64,000 nucleotides of DNA from positions 39,376-103,375 of the forward strand of contig JAFUNS010000001.1 in NCBI GenBank assembly GCA_017472925.1. Direction: 5' to 3'. The notes under the pieces are model-generated. The model ran no database searches, was not told the origin of the DNA, and saw only the letters and a program-made list of their open reading frames with translations. The stretch comes from Bacteroides sp. (GTDB lineage: Bacteria; Bacteroidota; Bacteroidia; Bacteroidales; Bacteroidaceae). A program made the translations under genes and the position numbers. Shown one piece after another: positions 38,732-48,257 of this stretch (position 1 is the first letter of the stretch; each line of letters begins with the position of its first letter).

Positions 38732-40714
38732 TTATTTTTTATAATTGTTCAAACCGGTTTGAAGGAAATCTACATACTTGTCCACATCCTCATCGTATGA
38801 ATACGATTTGTTAAGTGGATTACCTTCGTTGTCAATCAATACATAGAAAGGTTGTGCATTGGCTCCGAATTTAGTGCGTTGCAAGTAGCTCCACTTGTCG
38901 CCAAGTGTACGGAGAGTGCGTTCCTTACCGTTTTCTGTAACCTTGATATGTTCCGGAAGTGGAGTCTTATTGTCTACATAAAGGGTAATCAATACATAGT
39001 CATCTGTCATGATTTGGCTTACCTTTGGATCGGTCCATACGGCTAATTCCATCTTACGGCAATTCACACATCCGTATCCGGTAAAGTCGAGCATAACCGG
39101 TTTGCCGGTACGCTTGGCGTATTCCATACCTGCATCGTAATCATCGAACTGAGCATGAACTTCGTTCTTATAGAGGTTGAAGTCCTGAGTATTCATAGGT
39201 GGTGCAAAAGCACTTACGGCTTTCAAAGGAGCGCCCCACAAGCCAGGAACCATATATACGGCAAAGGCCAATGAACAAAGTGCCATAAAGAAGCGGGGAA
39301 CACTTACGGTAGTATCGTCATCGTCGTGTGGGAATTTGATTTTGCCCAACAAATAGAAACCAAGTAATCCGAAGATTACAATCCATAAAGCAAGGAAGGT
39401 TTCGCGGTCGAGGATGCGCCATCCGTATGCCAAATCTGCTACTGATAAGAATTTCAGGGCGAAGGCCAATTCCAAGAAACCGAGGGTTACCTTGATTACG
39501 TTCATCCAACCACCCGACTTAGGCATCTGTTTTAACCATGATGGGAACATGGCAAACAAAGTGAAGGGAAGAGCCAATGCCAAGGCGAATCCTAACATGC
39601 CAATGGCGGGAGCTATGATGTTGCCGGATGTGCCTAATTCTACCAACAACCAGCCTATGATAGGACCGGTACAAGAGAACGATACCAATGACAAGGTAAA
39701 TGCCATCAAGAAGATGCTGAGCAATCCGCTGGTTTGTTCGGCCTTGCTATCTACGGCATTGCTCCATTTGGATGGGAGAGTAATTTCGAAGGCTCCGAAG
39801 AACGAAGCGGCAAATACCACCAGCATCAAGAAGAACAGGATATTGAATATCGCATTGGTAGAAAGGGCATTGAGTGCACTGGCTCCAAAAATAAGGGTAA
39901 TGGCCAAGCCCAATGTTACATAAATCACTACGATAGAAGCGCCGTATGTCCATGCATCGCGGATACCTTTCTTCTTGTCCTTGCTACGCTTCAGGAAGAA
40001 ACTCACGGTCATCGGGATAATTGGCCATACACACGGAGTGAACAAGGCTACCAAACCTCCCAAAAATCCTGCACCGAAAATCCAAATCCAAGATTGATTG
40101 GATGATTGCGCAGCTTCTTCGCCAAAAGCATTCAGTTGGTCGATAACAGGTTTCCAATAGTCGGATGCTGCTACTTCTGTAGCGGTTTTTTCTTCGTTTA
40201 CAATAGTCTTTTCTTCAGTTGCAACGGGCTCTTCTTTGGTTGCGGTTGCTGCAGGTATTCCTTTTCCCGAATACTTGAAAGATACTTCGGTAGGAGGCAA
40301 GCAGTTTTCATCATTGCATGCACCGTATTCCAAATAACCTTCAATGTAATAGGTCTCACCGGTTATTTTCAATTTCTGTACGAAGGTGGCTTTGTTCTCG
40401 AAATAGCGTACCTTCATTTCGAACAACTTGTCGAAGTTTTCTACTTCTTTGCCTTGTGGCATCAGTTTGCCGTCGAGTTCCAATCCTTCCATCTTGTCGG
40501 TATTGAAGGTAGCCGAGATAGGGCCTCCTTCTCCCAAGTCGGTAGAATATACATGCCATCCTGCATCAATATTGGCGGTAAACACAATTTGAGCCTCGGT
40601 ATCCGAAAGTGATTTCCATTCGGATTTGAATTGTACGGGGTCTTGAATCTGTGCTATTGCCGGTATCCAGCTGGTTAGCATCAGTAGTAAACTTAAGAGA
40701 AATGTTTTTTTCAT
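38732..40714 (-). CDS. dsbD: Thiol:disulfide interchange protein DsbD
   Basis: CNDENC N-domain, TPCVWPIIP, SCTGPI, thioredoxin GCVNCRKME. Confidence 0.92.
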   Translation of the reverse strand: MKKTFLLSLLLMLTSWIPAIAQIQDPVQFKSEWKSLSDTEAQIVFTANIDAGWHVYSTDLGEGGPISATFNTDKMEGLELDGKLMPQGKEVENFDKLFEMKVRYFENKATFVQKLKITGETYYIEGYLEYGACNDENCLPPTEVSFKYSGKGIPAATATKEEPVATEEKTIVNEEKTATEVAASDYWKPVIDQLNAFGEEAAQSSNQSWIWIFGAGFLGGLVALFTPCVWPIIPMTVSFFLKRSKDKKKGIRDAWTYGASIVVIYVTLGLAITLIFGASALNALSTNAIFNILFFLMLVVFAASFFGAFEITLPSKWSNAVDSKAEQTSGLLSIFLMAFTLSLVSFSCTGPIIGWLLVELGTSGNIIAPAIGMLGFALALALPFTLFAMFPSWLKQMPKSGGWMNVIKVTLGFLELAFALKFLSVADLAYGWRILDRETFLALWIVIFGLLGFYLLGKIKFPHDDDDTTVSVPRFFMALCSLAFAVYMVPGLWGAPLKAVSAFAPPMNTQDFNLYKNEVHAQFDDYDAGMEYAKRTGKPVMLDFTGYGCVNCRKMELAVWTDPKVSQIMTDDYVLITLYVDNKTPLPEHIKVTENGKERTLRTLGDKWSYLQRTKFGANAQPFYVLIDNEGNPLNKSYSYDEDVDKYVDFLQTGLNNYKK

Positions 40715-40880
40715 ATAGTCTTTTTGTTACGATTATCTATTGGTTTAGACGGTTACCTCATCTTATTGGGTGACAAAGTTACAAAAAAATATTTTTTTTC
40801 ATAGTAAATCCTTGCAGAAATAAAAAAAAACCGTACCTTTGCATCGCTTTTGAAGAAAAGCACTTCTGAAAAGAAGTTTT

Positions 40881-40965
40881 GGAGAGATGGCAGAGTGGTC
40901 GATCGCGGCGGTCTTGAAAACCGTTGTACTGAGAGGTACCGGGGGTTCGAATCCCTCTCTCTCCG
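40881..40965 (+). tRNA. tRNA-Ser (anticodon TGA)
   Basis: GGAGAGA/TCTCTCC acceptor stem, anticodon loop CTTGAAA, long variable arm, GGTTCGAATCC T-loop; TACCTTTG promoter at 40834-40841. Confidence 0.96.
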
Positions 40966-40978
40966 CAAGAATAAACAG

Positions 40979-41017
40979 AAAGTGGGTGTGCCGAAATGCA
41001 CATCCACTTTTTTTTTT
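40979..41017 (+). terminator. tRNA terminator
   Basis: AAAGTGGGTGTGC...GCACATCCACTTT plus long T run. Confidence 0.85.
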
Positions 41018-41103
41018 GACACCTCCTTTTTTATTCCTTTTTGCAAGGATGCTTGCGGTAGCATGTAGGTGTGCCAAATCACCGAATCGCTATTAAAATG
41101 TTG

Positions 41104-41132
41104 TGTCATCCTGAACGAAGTGAAGGATCTGT
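41104..41132 (+). repeat. Truncated REP-like element (left arm)
   Basis: 28/29 identical to 48120-48148. Confidence 0.8.
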
Positions 41133-41161
41133 ATGCATAAAGTTGCTGTTTCCAGATTCCA

Positions 41162-41214
41162 AAAACGTCGCTTTATCAATTGTAAAACGACGTTTTCTTA
41201 TTCGCAAAACGATG
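41162..41214 (+). repeat. 22-bp-period repeat, copy A
   Basis: 44/53 identical to 57901-57953 in the same orientation; contains palindrome AAAACGACGTTTT. Confidence 0.75.
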
Positions 41215-41216
41215 GT

Positions 41217-41903
41217 TTATCCCTTGTTGTTTCGTTCCACTATATTGGTGATGTAAACCGTAAAGATGGGAAACATCATCATACCTACGGCGGCCAGCAT
41301 CACCGAAAGGATTTTGCCGGTAGGAGTTACGGCTATAATATTCGAGCCTACGGTTGTGGCATCCATAAAGGCCCACCAAAGTGCATCGGAATAATGGTGC
41401 ACCAGTGGATTCATATTGAACTCTGTGAAGTAGAAAGCCAGGCTACCGAAATAAATGCATGTAAACAATATCACCAAGTAGGCAATGAACAAGCCCGTTA
41501 TTTTGTTTTTGGTAAACCAACCGGCTATAATGGCTAATGCATATCCACCTCGGATTAAAGGGACGAAACGGAATAAGTAAGACACTTCGGGAGATGATGT
41601 CCATCCAAAGAGGGAGAAGATGGCATGGTAGGGGATGGCTACCAACAGAAAGATGAAATGATGGATAAGGAAACGTTTCTTGTCCTTGGCGATAGAAAGC
41701 TCTATGAAGAAGATGGCTAAAAAGCTAATGCAAACCCCAAATTGAATTTTCATAAATTCGGATTGCGTGTAGAAAGGAATGTTTTGAAGAGTGTCTACAG
41801 AAATGTCGACGACTAATACGACCGAAAGGATAAGAACAATGATATCGAGAAGGCCTATCAATCCTTTTCCTTGTGTACGATGATTGGATGAGTCAGTTTT
41901 CAT
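41217..41903 (-). CDS. Potassium channel family membrane protein with atypical filter
   Basis: Multiple TM helices; YSDALWWAFMDATTVGSN...TPTGKIL pore region. Confidence 0.8.
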   Translation of the reverse strand: MKTDSSNHRTQGKGLIGLLDIIVLILSVVLVVDISVDTLQNIPFYTQSEFMKIQFGVCISFLAIFFIELSIAKDKKRFLIHHFIFLLVAIPYHAIFSLFGWTSSPEVSYLFRFVPLIRGGYALAIIAGWFTKNKITGLFIAYLVILFTCIYFGSLAFYFTEFNMNPLVHHYSDALWWAFMDATTVGSNIIAVTPTGKILSVMLAAVGMMMFPIFTVYITNIVERNNKG

Positions 41904-41924
41904 AAGCGTAATCTTTGGTTTGGA

Positions 41925-42665
41925 CTATAGAACAAGTGTGGGGGTGAATTGTTCTGTCTCGATACCGGTTTTCTCTATCACTTCGGGCGTTTGGAGTACT
42001 GTTTGGGAATCTCCATCGGCTATGAGTTGTCCTTCGTCAAGTACAAGGACTCTGTTACACACTTCTATAACCATACGGATATCGTGTGTAGCAATCAGAC
42101 AAGTATGGCTGAATCCTTGGATGAGGCGGATGAGTTGTCTTCGGGCTTTGGCATCGAGGTTGGCGGTGGGTTCATCCATTACCAAGATGTCGGGTCCCAT
42201 GGAGAGTACGGTGGCTATGGATGCACATCGTTTCTGTCCGCCCGATAGTTGGTGGGCTGCCCGTTCTCTCCATTCAGAAGCACCTACATCCTTCAAGGCC
42301 TGTTGTACTCGTTTGTTCACTTCATCGGGTGGCAGGTTCATATTCATGGGACCGAAGGCTACATCCTCTTCAATGGTAGGCATGAAGAGCTGGTCGTCGG
42401 GATTTTGAAAGACCAATCCTACCGTCCTGCGTACCAATGGCAAGGTTTGTTTGCTGATGGGTACACCTCCTACATCAATCCTCCCCGATTGAGGCAACAG
42501 CAATCCGTTGGTATGTAGCAAGAGGGTGGATTTGCCTGATCCATTGGTCCCTATCAGGGCAGCCTTATCGCCATGATGAAGAGTAAAAGAGATATCTTTA
42601 AGGGCACGATAACCGTTAGGGTAAGTGTAGTGCACATGGTCGAACTTCAAGTAATGGTGGCTCAT
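41925..42665 (-). CDS. cbiO: ECF transporter ATPase (CbiO/NikO)
   Basis: GTNGSGKST, VFQNPDDQLF, LSGGQK, MDEPT; start reassigned to MSHHY overlapping the cbiQ stop. Confidence 0.92.
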   Translation of the reverse strand: MSHHYLKFDHVHYTYPNGYRALKDISFTLHHGDKAALIGTNGSGKSTLLLHTNGLLLPQSGRIDVGGVPISKQTLPLVRRTVGLVFQNPDDQLFMPTIEEDVAFGPMNMNLPPDEVNKRVQQALKDVGASEWRERAAHQLSGGQKRCASIATVLSMGPDILVMDEPTANLDAKARRQLIRLIQGFSHTCLIATHDIRMVIEVCNRVLVLDEGQLIADGDSQTVLQTPEVIEKTGIETEQFTPTLVL

Positions 42666-43396
42666 AGTTGGTTCAATATAAAGGGTAGAAAACGTAAACA
42701 TAGAAAGAAAAAGCTCCAACAGAGCAGATAGCATGTGTCTCTGGCTTCCCAACGAAGGGAATAGGGAAGAGAGAACTGCCCGTTGAACCCTCGTGCAATC
42801 ATGGCCCGATGGAGGTGTTCCGAACGGTTTAACGTGCGAATCAGCAATTGTCCCACAAAGATACCCCATTGTGAAAGCGGATAAGCACGATGACCGTAGC
42901 TTCGGGCTCGTCGGGCGCGGTCCATACTCAAGGCCTCTTGTAACCATACAAACAGATAGCGGTATACAAACCATAGTTGGACAACCAGCATGGTAGGCAC
43001 TCCCAAGCGTTGCATCCCTTTACAAAGTGTGTGGAAACCGGTGGTACGTATCAAAAGGTAAAGCGCTTGTACGGAGGCTAATCCTCTGATCAGTATGCCG
43101 ATAAAGCTGTTCCACGAATTAAAAATTCCGATAAGCACCAGAAAAGGAAGTACCGCTAATGAGTATAGAAAGAGCTGACCATAACCCAAATGGGCCTGTT
43201 TGCTGGTGATAAACGGAAAAAGAAGAAAGCCCGACAATTGTATCCAATGGTCGGTAGGGACGGAAAGCAGACAAAGCAGGTACATGCATAGAACAAGCAA
43301 TTTGCACCTTGCATCCAGTCGGTGGATGGTCCCCGGATGGTCGGCCATCTGCTCGATGAGGCTCAATTGATGGATGCTTTGTTCTAATTTGTTCAT
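42662..43396 (-). CDS. cbiQ: ECF transporter T component (CbiQ/NikQ)
   Basis: IHRLDARCK, YRYLFV, RARRAR, AMIARGF. Confidence 0.88.
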   Translation of the reverse strand: MNKLEQSIHQLSLIEQMADHPGTIHRLDARCKLLVLCMYLLCLLSVPTDHWIQLSGFLLFPFITSKQAHLGYGQLFLYSLAVLPFLVLIGIFNSWNSFIGILIRGLASVQALYLLIRTTGFHTLCKGMQRLGVPTMLVVQLWFVYRYLFVWLQEALSMDRARRARSYGHRAYPLSQWGIFVGQLLIRTLNRSEHLHRAMIARGFNGQFSLPYSLRWEARDTCYLLCWSFFFLCLRFLPFILNQL

Positions 43397-43398
43397 CT

Positions 43399-44175
43399 TT
43401 ATTGGCTTACAGAAGTACGCTCAATGGACCACTCCAATCCGTCGGGTAAGGATGATGCCCAGAAATATCCACAAATTCCCAAGACCAATATAACGGCTAC
43501 ACCTATCCACATTTGTTGGGACGAAAGGCGTACGGGGCTTGTAGCTTGTTGTAACAATTCGGGCTTGTAGCGACGAAGGAAGGAGAACAGGACCGATGTA
43601 GCCAATCCTTCCCCCAAACCAATGACGAAATGAATGGGTAACAAAAAGAGCAGGAATCGGCTGATGGGTAAGGCGGTTACTCCCGATGCTTCGGTTTCTA
43701 TAGCAACGAAAGCAGCTCCCAGTTCCAAGGCTACCGTACATGCGATGATAGAAGCCAAAGTGAACCTACCTCCCGATACGACATTCCCCATCAGTGGGCG
43801 GAACACCAAAGGATAAGCGATGAGGCAGGAGCATACCGCCATATTGAAGATGTTGCATCCTAAAGCCAATAAACCGCCATCAGCAAAGAGCAGACACTGA
43901 AGGATAAGGACGGAACTCAAGGTGATGAAACCCGCCCATGGCCCCAATAGAGCCGATAGTAGAATCCCCCCTATAAGATGCCCGCTGGAGCCTGTACCCG
44001 GGATGGCAAAGTTTATCATTTGTACTACTAAGGTAAAGGCACCCATGACTCCCATCAAGGGGAGAAGGTTTGTTTCGGACTTCACTTTGCGTATGGCTAT
44101 CCATAGTAAAGTGGTCGAAATCACACCCATTACTCCGGCAACGGGTGGACTGACAAGTGCATCGGACATGTGCAT
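43399..44175 (-). CDS. cbiM: Ni/Co ECF S component (CbiM/NikMN)
   Basis: N-terminal MHMSD, GSSGHLIGG, FADGG, C-terminal PDGLE motif. Confidence 0.9.
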   Translation of the reverse strand: MHMSDALVSPPVAGVMGVISTTLLWIAIRKVKSETNLLPLMGVMGAFTLVVQMINFAIPGTGSSGHLIGGILLSALLGPWAGFITLSSVLILQCLLFADGGLLALGCNIFNMAVCSCLIAYPLVFRPLMGNVVSGGRFTLASIIACTVALELGAAFVAIETEASGVTALPISRFLLFLLPIHFVIGLGEGLATSVLFSFLRRYKPELLQQATSPVRLSSQQMWIGVAVILVLGICGYFWASSLPDGLEWSIERTSVSQ

Positions 44176-44193
44176 AGTTCTCTTGTTTTTAAG

Positions 44194-45180
44194 TTATCGG
44201 TTATGCCAATGCGAATGATTGGGCTTTTTTTCATCAAAAGCATACATGGGGAGCAGGAACAGCCAGGTGGCTATGCAGAAGGGAGCCGTAAGGGTAGGTA
44301 TGCCAAATGGGAGCATCAGTATGTCCATACCTGCTTGAACGAATACGGTGACCAATACCCCTAATAGTGCCCATATGGCAGTACGTAGATTGGGCCGATA
44401 GAAGGTACACCCCAAGGCTATGGCGGTAAGAACCGGACTGAATCCATAAAGTCCGTTTACTATATCGTTTCCCGCTCCTTGGAAGTACAAGACCGTCAGT
44501 AGGGAGACCATAGAGCCTATCGATGCCCACAGAGCTGCCCATTTGTTGCTCAGATACAAGCCGATGAGGAAGAGAATCCCTGTTACCCACGAATTGATGA
44601 GGAACACTTGCGAAATACCCTTCAGCCAATAGATGAGGATGGTTCCCAAAGACAATTCCACGTGTGCATCCCAATGCTGGGTAAGCTCGGGAGCAGACAG
44701 TGATTCCGGTGGCATACCTTGCAACATGCGAGAGGCCAATAGAAAAATCCAGGTGCAAAATACAAACGGAAAGGTGAATGAGTTGGTCTTCCAAGGCGCC
44801 ATGACATTGTTGAACCCCGTCCGAACCCAAGTGGTAAGGGCGGCGCAAAGGATGAGGGCAAACCACATTTGAGGGGTGTTTCCCAAAAAAGTAGGGAAAG
44901 CACATCCCACCAATATGCCATTGAATCCCCATAGTCCTTCTTTACCATCGTTGTCGGGCTGGTTGAGCAGATACCCCGTAAGGGTAGAGGTGATAAGTCC
45001 CACCAAAGCACCTATCATGACACTGGGTCGCCCTTCGGCAATGGCTCCCCAAAGGATTCCCAATAAGAAGAAAAGACCGGTCATCGTGTTTCCTTGAAAC
45101 ATCACTTGGCCGGCACCCTTCAGCATGGTACGGATGAATGCCATGCCTTGGGGTAGTTGGATGTTGTTTGTTTCGATCAT
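44194..45180 (-). CDS. yut: Urea transporter (UT family)
   Basis: Duplicated GAGQVMFQ/GISQVFLI, GLWGFN/GLYGFS, TFPF/TAPF motifs. Confidence 0.92.
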   Translation of the reverse strand: MIETNNIQLPQGMAFIRTMLKGAGQVMFQGNTMTGLFFLLGILWGAIAEGRPSVMIGALVGLITSTLTGYLLNQPDNDGKEGLWGFNGILVGCAFPTFLGNTPQMWFALILCAALTTWVRTGFNNVMAPWKTNSFTFPFVFCTWIFLLASRMLQGMPPESLSAPELTQHWDAHVELSLGTILIYWLKGISQVFLINSWVTGILFLIGLYLSNKWAALWASIGSMVSLLTVLYFQGAGNDIVNGLYGFSPVLTAIALGCTFYRPNLRTAIWALLGVLVTVFVQAGMDILMLPFGIPTLTAPFCIATWLFLLPMYAFDEKKPNHSHWHNR

Positions 45181-45243
45181 CGTTTTGATATTAAAAAGTG
45201 AATTTCAATGAAAGTTGCGGGTTGCGGGTTGCGTTTTTGAAGA

Positions 45244-46161
45244 TTACCTCCACGGGAACTCTTCGGGCAAGGGCCTTCCTTTCACTTCCTGACGTACAAT
45301 GCTACAGAACTCCCTTACCAGTGCCTTTACGGGAGCATTCTCTTTCCCTATCACTTTATACACCAATCCGGCTGAATGAGGAAGATACGTTATGCCTGCA
45401 GCCAGACCTTGGCGAGTGTCGATAAAGGCATCGGTTTGGGCATAGATACTATCGGCACAAGCGGGTGGAGTAAGTACCAGTACATTGGCAAAGACATCAC
45501 ATCCGTCCATCATTCCTATTACTTGAGGGGGGATACGATGGGGACGAATAATGAATTTCTCGCGGAAAAGGGGAGTGCCATCGGGACGTTCGCCATGCGA
45601 GCAAACCGATAGAATATCGTAGGCAAAGCGCTCTCCTCCCTTGTAGTACCTCCGTCCGCTCTTGAAAATTTCGGCATAAAAGAGGGTGGCCGTAGGGGCT
45701 ATCACCATCCTGGTATCGCTGATGAAGCGGGTATGCCGACAAGGAATCACCGGTTCGGGCAAATATTCCAGATAGGCATTGTCCTCCAAGGTAAAGGTTT
45801 GGACAAGTGCCGAATAATTGTAACGCATCTCTGCCAATTTGGTGGCTGCTCCTGTAGAGATGTGGGCAAAGGCATTCTTACGGATGGTAATGTCTTGCTG
45901 ATAACGGTCGCCATCTACATTGGGGCCACCCGACGAGAGGATGTATACACAAGGCATTTCGGGCATCGCCTCGTCGAAGTACAATTCTTGTTGTACGATG
46001 AGGGGATGCCTACGGTCCAGTTCCCGAAGGATGCTTTTCCCCCGATTGTCCAATTCAAAGCCCAGATGCAAATATCCGTATTTGCCGGGTGCACCAATGT
46101 GCATGGCCCGTGGTTCGTCCAAATAAGGAGCCATTTCTGAAAATAGGTCGAAGTTAATCAT
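45244..46161 (-). CDS. ureD: Urease accessory protein UreD
   Basis: ILSSGGPNVDGD, STGAATK, LEYLPEPVIP; start reassigned to MINFD. Confidence 0.92.
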   Translation of the reverse strand: MINFDLFSEMAPYLDEPRAMHIGAPGKYGYLHLGFELDNRGKSILRELDRRHPLIVQQELYFDEAMPEMPCVYILSSGGPNVDGDRYQQDITIRKNAFAHISTGAATKLAEMRYNYSALVQTFTLEDNAYLEYLPEPVIPCRHTRFISDTRMVIAPTATLFYAEIFKSGRRYYKGGERFAYDILSVCSHGERPDGTPLFREKFIIRPHRIPPQVIGMMDGCDVFANVLVLTPPACADSIYAQTDAFIDTRQGLAAGITYLPHSAGLVYKVIGKENAPVKALVREFCSIVRQEVKGRPLPEEFPWR

Positions 46162-46169
46162 AAATCGTT

Positions 46170-46790
46170 TTATTTCTTGTCGAACAAGGCCAATCGGAAG
46201 ATCAGTTCCACCAATTCGGTAATCCCTTCGCCTGTCATGCAATTGGTAAAGAGGAAAGGCTTTCCGGGACGCATCCGTTCGGAATCTTCCCGCATTACGT
46301 CAAGTGAAGCATGTACATAAGGGGCAAGGTCGGTCTTGTTGATAACCAATATGTCCGATTGCGAGATGCCTGGGCCGTCTTTTCTCGGAATCTTGTCGCC
46401 AGCAGCTACATCGATTACGTAGATAAAGAAATCCACCAATGCGGGACTGAAGGTCAGGGTGAGGTTATCGCCTCCCGATTCTATCAGTACAATGTCCGTA
46501 TCGGGGAATCGGGCTTCCATTTCCTCTACGGCGGCGATGTTCATCGAGGGGTCTTCTCGTACCGCAGTATGCGGACAAGCACCCGTCTCCACGCCAAGGA
46601 TACGTTCTTCTACCAGGATACCTTTCAGCATTTTGCGTACATGCTTGGCATCTTCGGTAGTAACAATGTCGTTGGTAATGATCAGCACTTTCATCCCCTT
46701 GGCCAGCAGGTATGGGGTGATGGCTTCTATCAGAGCGGTTTTCCCCGATCCTACGGGTCCGCCTACACCTATTCTACAAGTATTGCTCAT
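46170..46790 (-). CDS. ureG: Urease accessory GTPase UreG
   Basis: [29 protein letters not shown]. Confidence 0.97.
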   Translation of the reverse strand: MSNTCRIGVGGPVGSGKTALIEAITPYLLAKGMKVLIITNDIVTTEDAKHVRKMLKGILVEERILGVETGACPHTAVREDPSMNIAAVEEMEARFPDTDIVLIESGGDNLTLTFSPALVDFFIYVIDVAAGDKIPRKDGPGISQSDILVINKTDLAPYVHASLDVMREDSERMRPGKPFLFTNCMTGEGITELVELIFRLALFDKK

Positions 46791-46802
46791 TTTTCTTCTT
46801 TA

Positions 46803-47495
46803 TTAATTCATAAACATACGCATGGCTCCTTTTTCGTGAAGTGAGGCCAGAATATCGGCTTGCGGATTGAAGTTATTCATGTCCTCCAGAGCCATATACC
46901 TTATCTCAGGAAGCCATTGTAACGATTCGTCACTAAGTTGGTACAGAATCCGTTGTGTATCGTAATGCGATACCTTGAGGCATCGCAAGGCAGCATTCAG
47001 TACCATACTGATTACTCCATATTGGTGGGCCGTATATAGAATGTCTTCGTTCAGCCCCAAGGATGCAAAGAGGATACCTTGTGCCACGGGATAATTTCCG
47101 GGAGTGATATCCTCCTTGACATCGGCCAACCAGCGCTCCATGGTATCGCAGGCAAAGAGATGCACTCCCAACTCGGCCAACTTTCTTCCCATGCGTTGTT
47201 GCATGGTGCGGGCCTCATTGTTCAGTTTCAGCTGATGCAAGGAACGGTCGGCTTGGAGGATGCCTTCATACTCCTTCCGTTGGGCCGAACGGAGGCTATG
47301 TAGGGCAGCTACACCATCGGTAAAAGCTGCTTGCAAAGCGATGGTTCGGGTGTATGCCTGTAGCGTCCTGGCATCGTATACCACTCCCGTATGGACGGCA
47401 CTCTCCAATCCGTTCGAGAAGGAGAATGCGCCCACCGGAAAGGCTGAATCGGCCAGTTGTAACATCCTCATCAGAGGGCTTAGGTTTGTTTTCAT
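46803..47495 (-). CDS. ureF: Urease accessory protein UreF
   Basis: DSAFPVGAFSFSNGLE; C-terminal HEKGAMRMFMN. Confidence 0.95.
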   Translation of the reverse strand: MKTNLSPLMRMLQLADSAFPVGAFSFSNGLESAVHTGVVYDARTLQAYTRTIALQAAFTDGVAALHSLRSAQRKEYEGILQADRSLHQLKLNNEARTMQQRMGRKLAELGVHLFACDTMERWLADVKEDITPGNYPVAQGILFASLGLNEDILYTAHQYGVISMVLNAALRCLKVSHYDTQRILYQLSDESLQWLPEIRYMALEDMNNFNPQADILASLHEKGAMRMFMN

Positions 47496-47508
47496 TCTCA
47501 AAAGTGCA

Positions 47509-48063
47509 TTAATGGTGATGTGAGTGGCTTTCTTGTCCTGCTCCACCAAACAAGCGTCTTATTTCATGAGGAGCCAAGTATGGAATCACCTCGGCACCCG
47601 GATGGAAATGGTAGGAAATACCTTCTATATGGTGGGTGTCCATCACACTTTGCATCACTTTCTTGTCCACCGTAAGTGGCACGTAAACTTTGGTACCTTT
47701 GACCACGGCCGGCCAATGCTGGTTGCCTATGGCATGTCCCAATTCTATACTGATGCGTGTAATGTCTCTCCAGTCTTTCGAAGCCAGTCCCGACAAGTCG
47801 ATAACGAGCACCGGATTCAGTTCAATGCGGATAATGATTGCCTTCTTCGTTTCGGGATGATAGTGTATGATGTCACCATCGTTCACTTTTTCGTTACGCT
47901 TTAGGGCAATGGCGTATTCCTCACCGTTAGCATCGGTGGCTACAAACCGGCTCTTTTGTGCGGTCCATTGGTCGAGGACCAGTTCAATCCTTTCCAGTCC
48001 TTTCAATCTCTCTTCCCATTCAGGGTGGTGGATATTTCCTATGATTTCTTTATAAATTCCCAT
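47509..48063 (-). CDS. ureE: Urease accessory Ni chaperone UreE
   Basis: LGHAIGNQHWP; C-terminal HSHHH. Confidence 0.93.
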   Translation of the reverse strand: MGIYKEIIGNIHHPEWEERLKGLERIELVLDQWTAQKSRFVATDANGEEYAIALKRNEKVNDGDIIHYHPETKKAIIIRIELNPVLVIDLSGLASKDWRDITRISIELGHAIGNQHWPAVVKGTKVYVPLTVDKKVMQSVMDTHHIEGISYHFHPGAEVIPYLAPHEIRRLFGGAGQESHSHHH

Positions 48064-48118
48064 GGTTGTGTAGTTTGTTTTATTATTACATTCTTCCTTC
48101 GGGTTATCCTTTTCCCTT

Positions 48119-48203
48119 TTGTCATCCTGAACGTAGTGAAGGATCTGTTTACATTTACTTTATGTCTTCAGATCCTTCGTCACTTCGTTCCTCAGGATGA
48201 CAA
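48119..48203. repeat. REP-like palindromic element between ureC and ureE
   Basis: TTGTCATCCTGA/TCAGGATGACAA and GAAGGATCTG/CAGATCCTTC arms. Confidence 0.85.
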
Positions 48204-48257
48204 GGTGTGGAAGGGATAGGAAGGAAGATTCCTCTCGATGGCAGCAAGAGTGGATTA

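Noticed and set aside
40881-40965. tRNA with TGA in the anticodon loop and a long variable arm as a selenocysteine or suppressor tRNA
   Set aside because: Anticodon TGA reads UCA (Ser); tRNA-Sec has anticodon TCA and a longer acceptor stem
41925-42974. ORF-track N-terminal extensions (CbiO 349 aa, UreD 332 aa, UreF 248 aa, GH3 770 aa, SusD 560 aa)
   Set aside because: Extensions overlap upstream genes; downstream ATGs give family-typical N-termini
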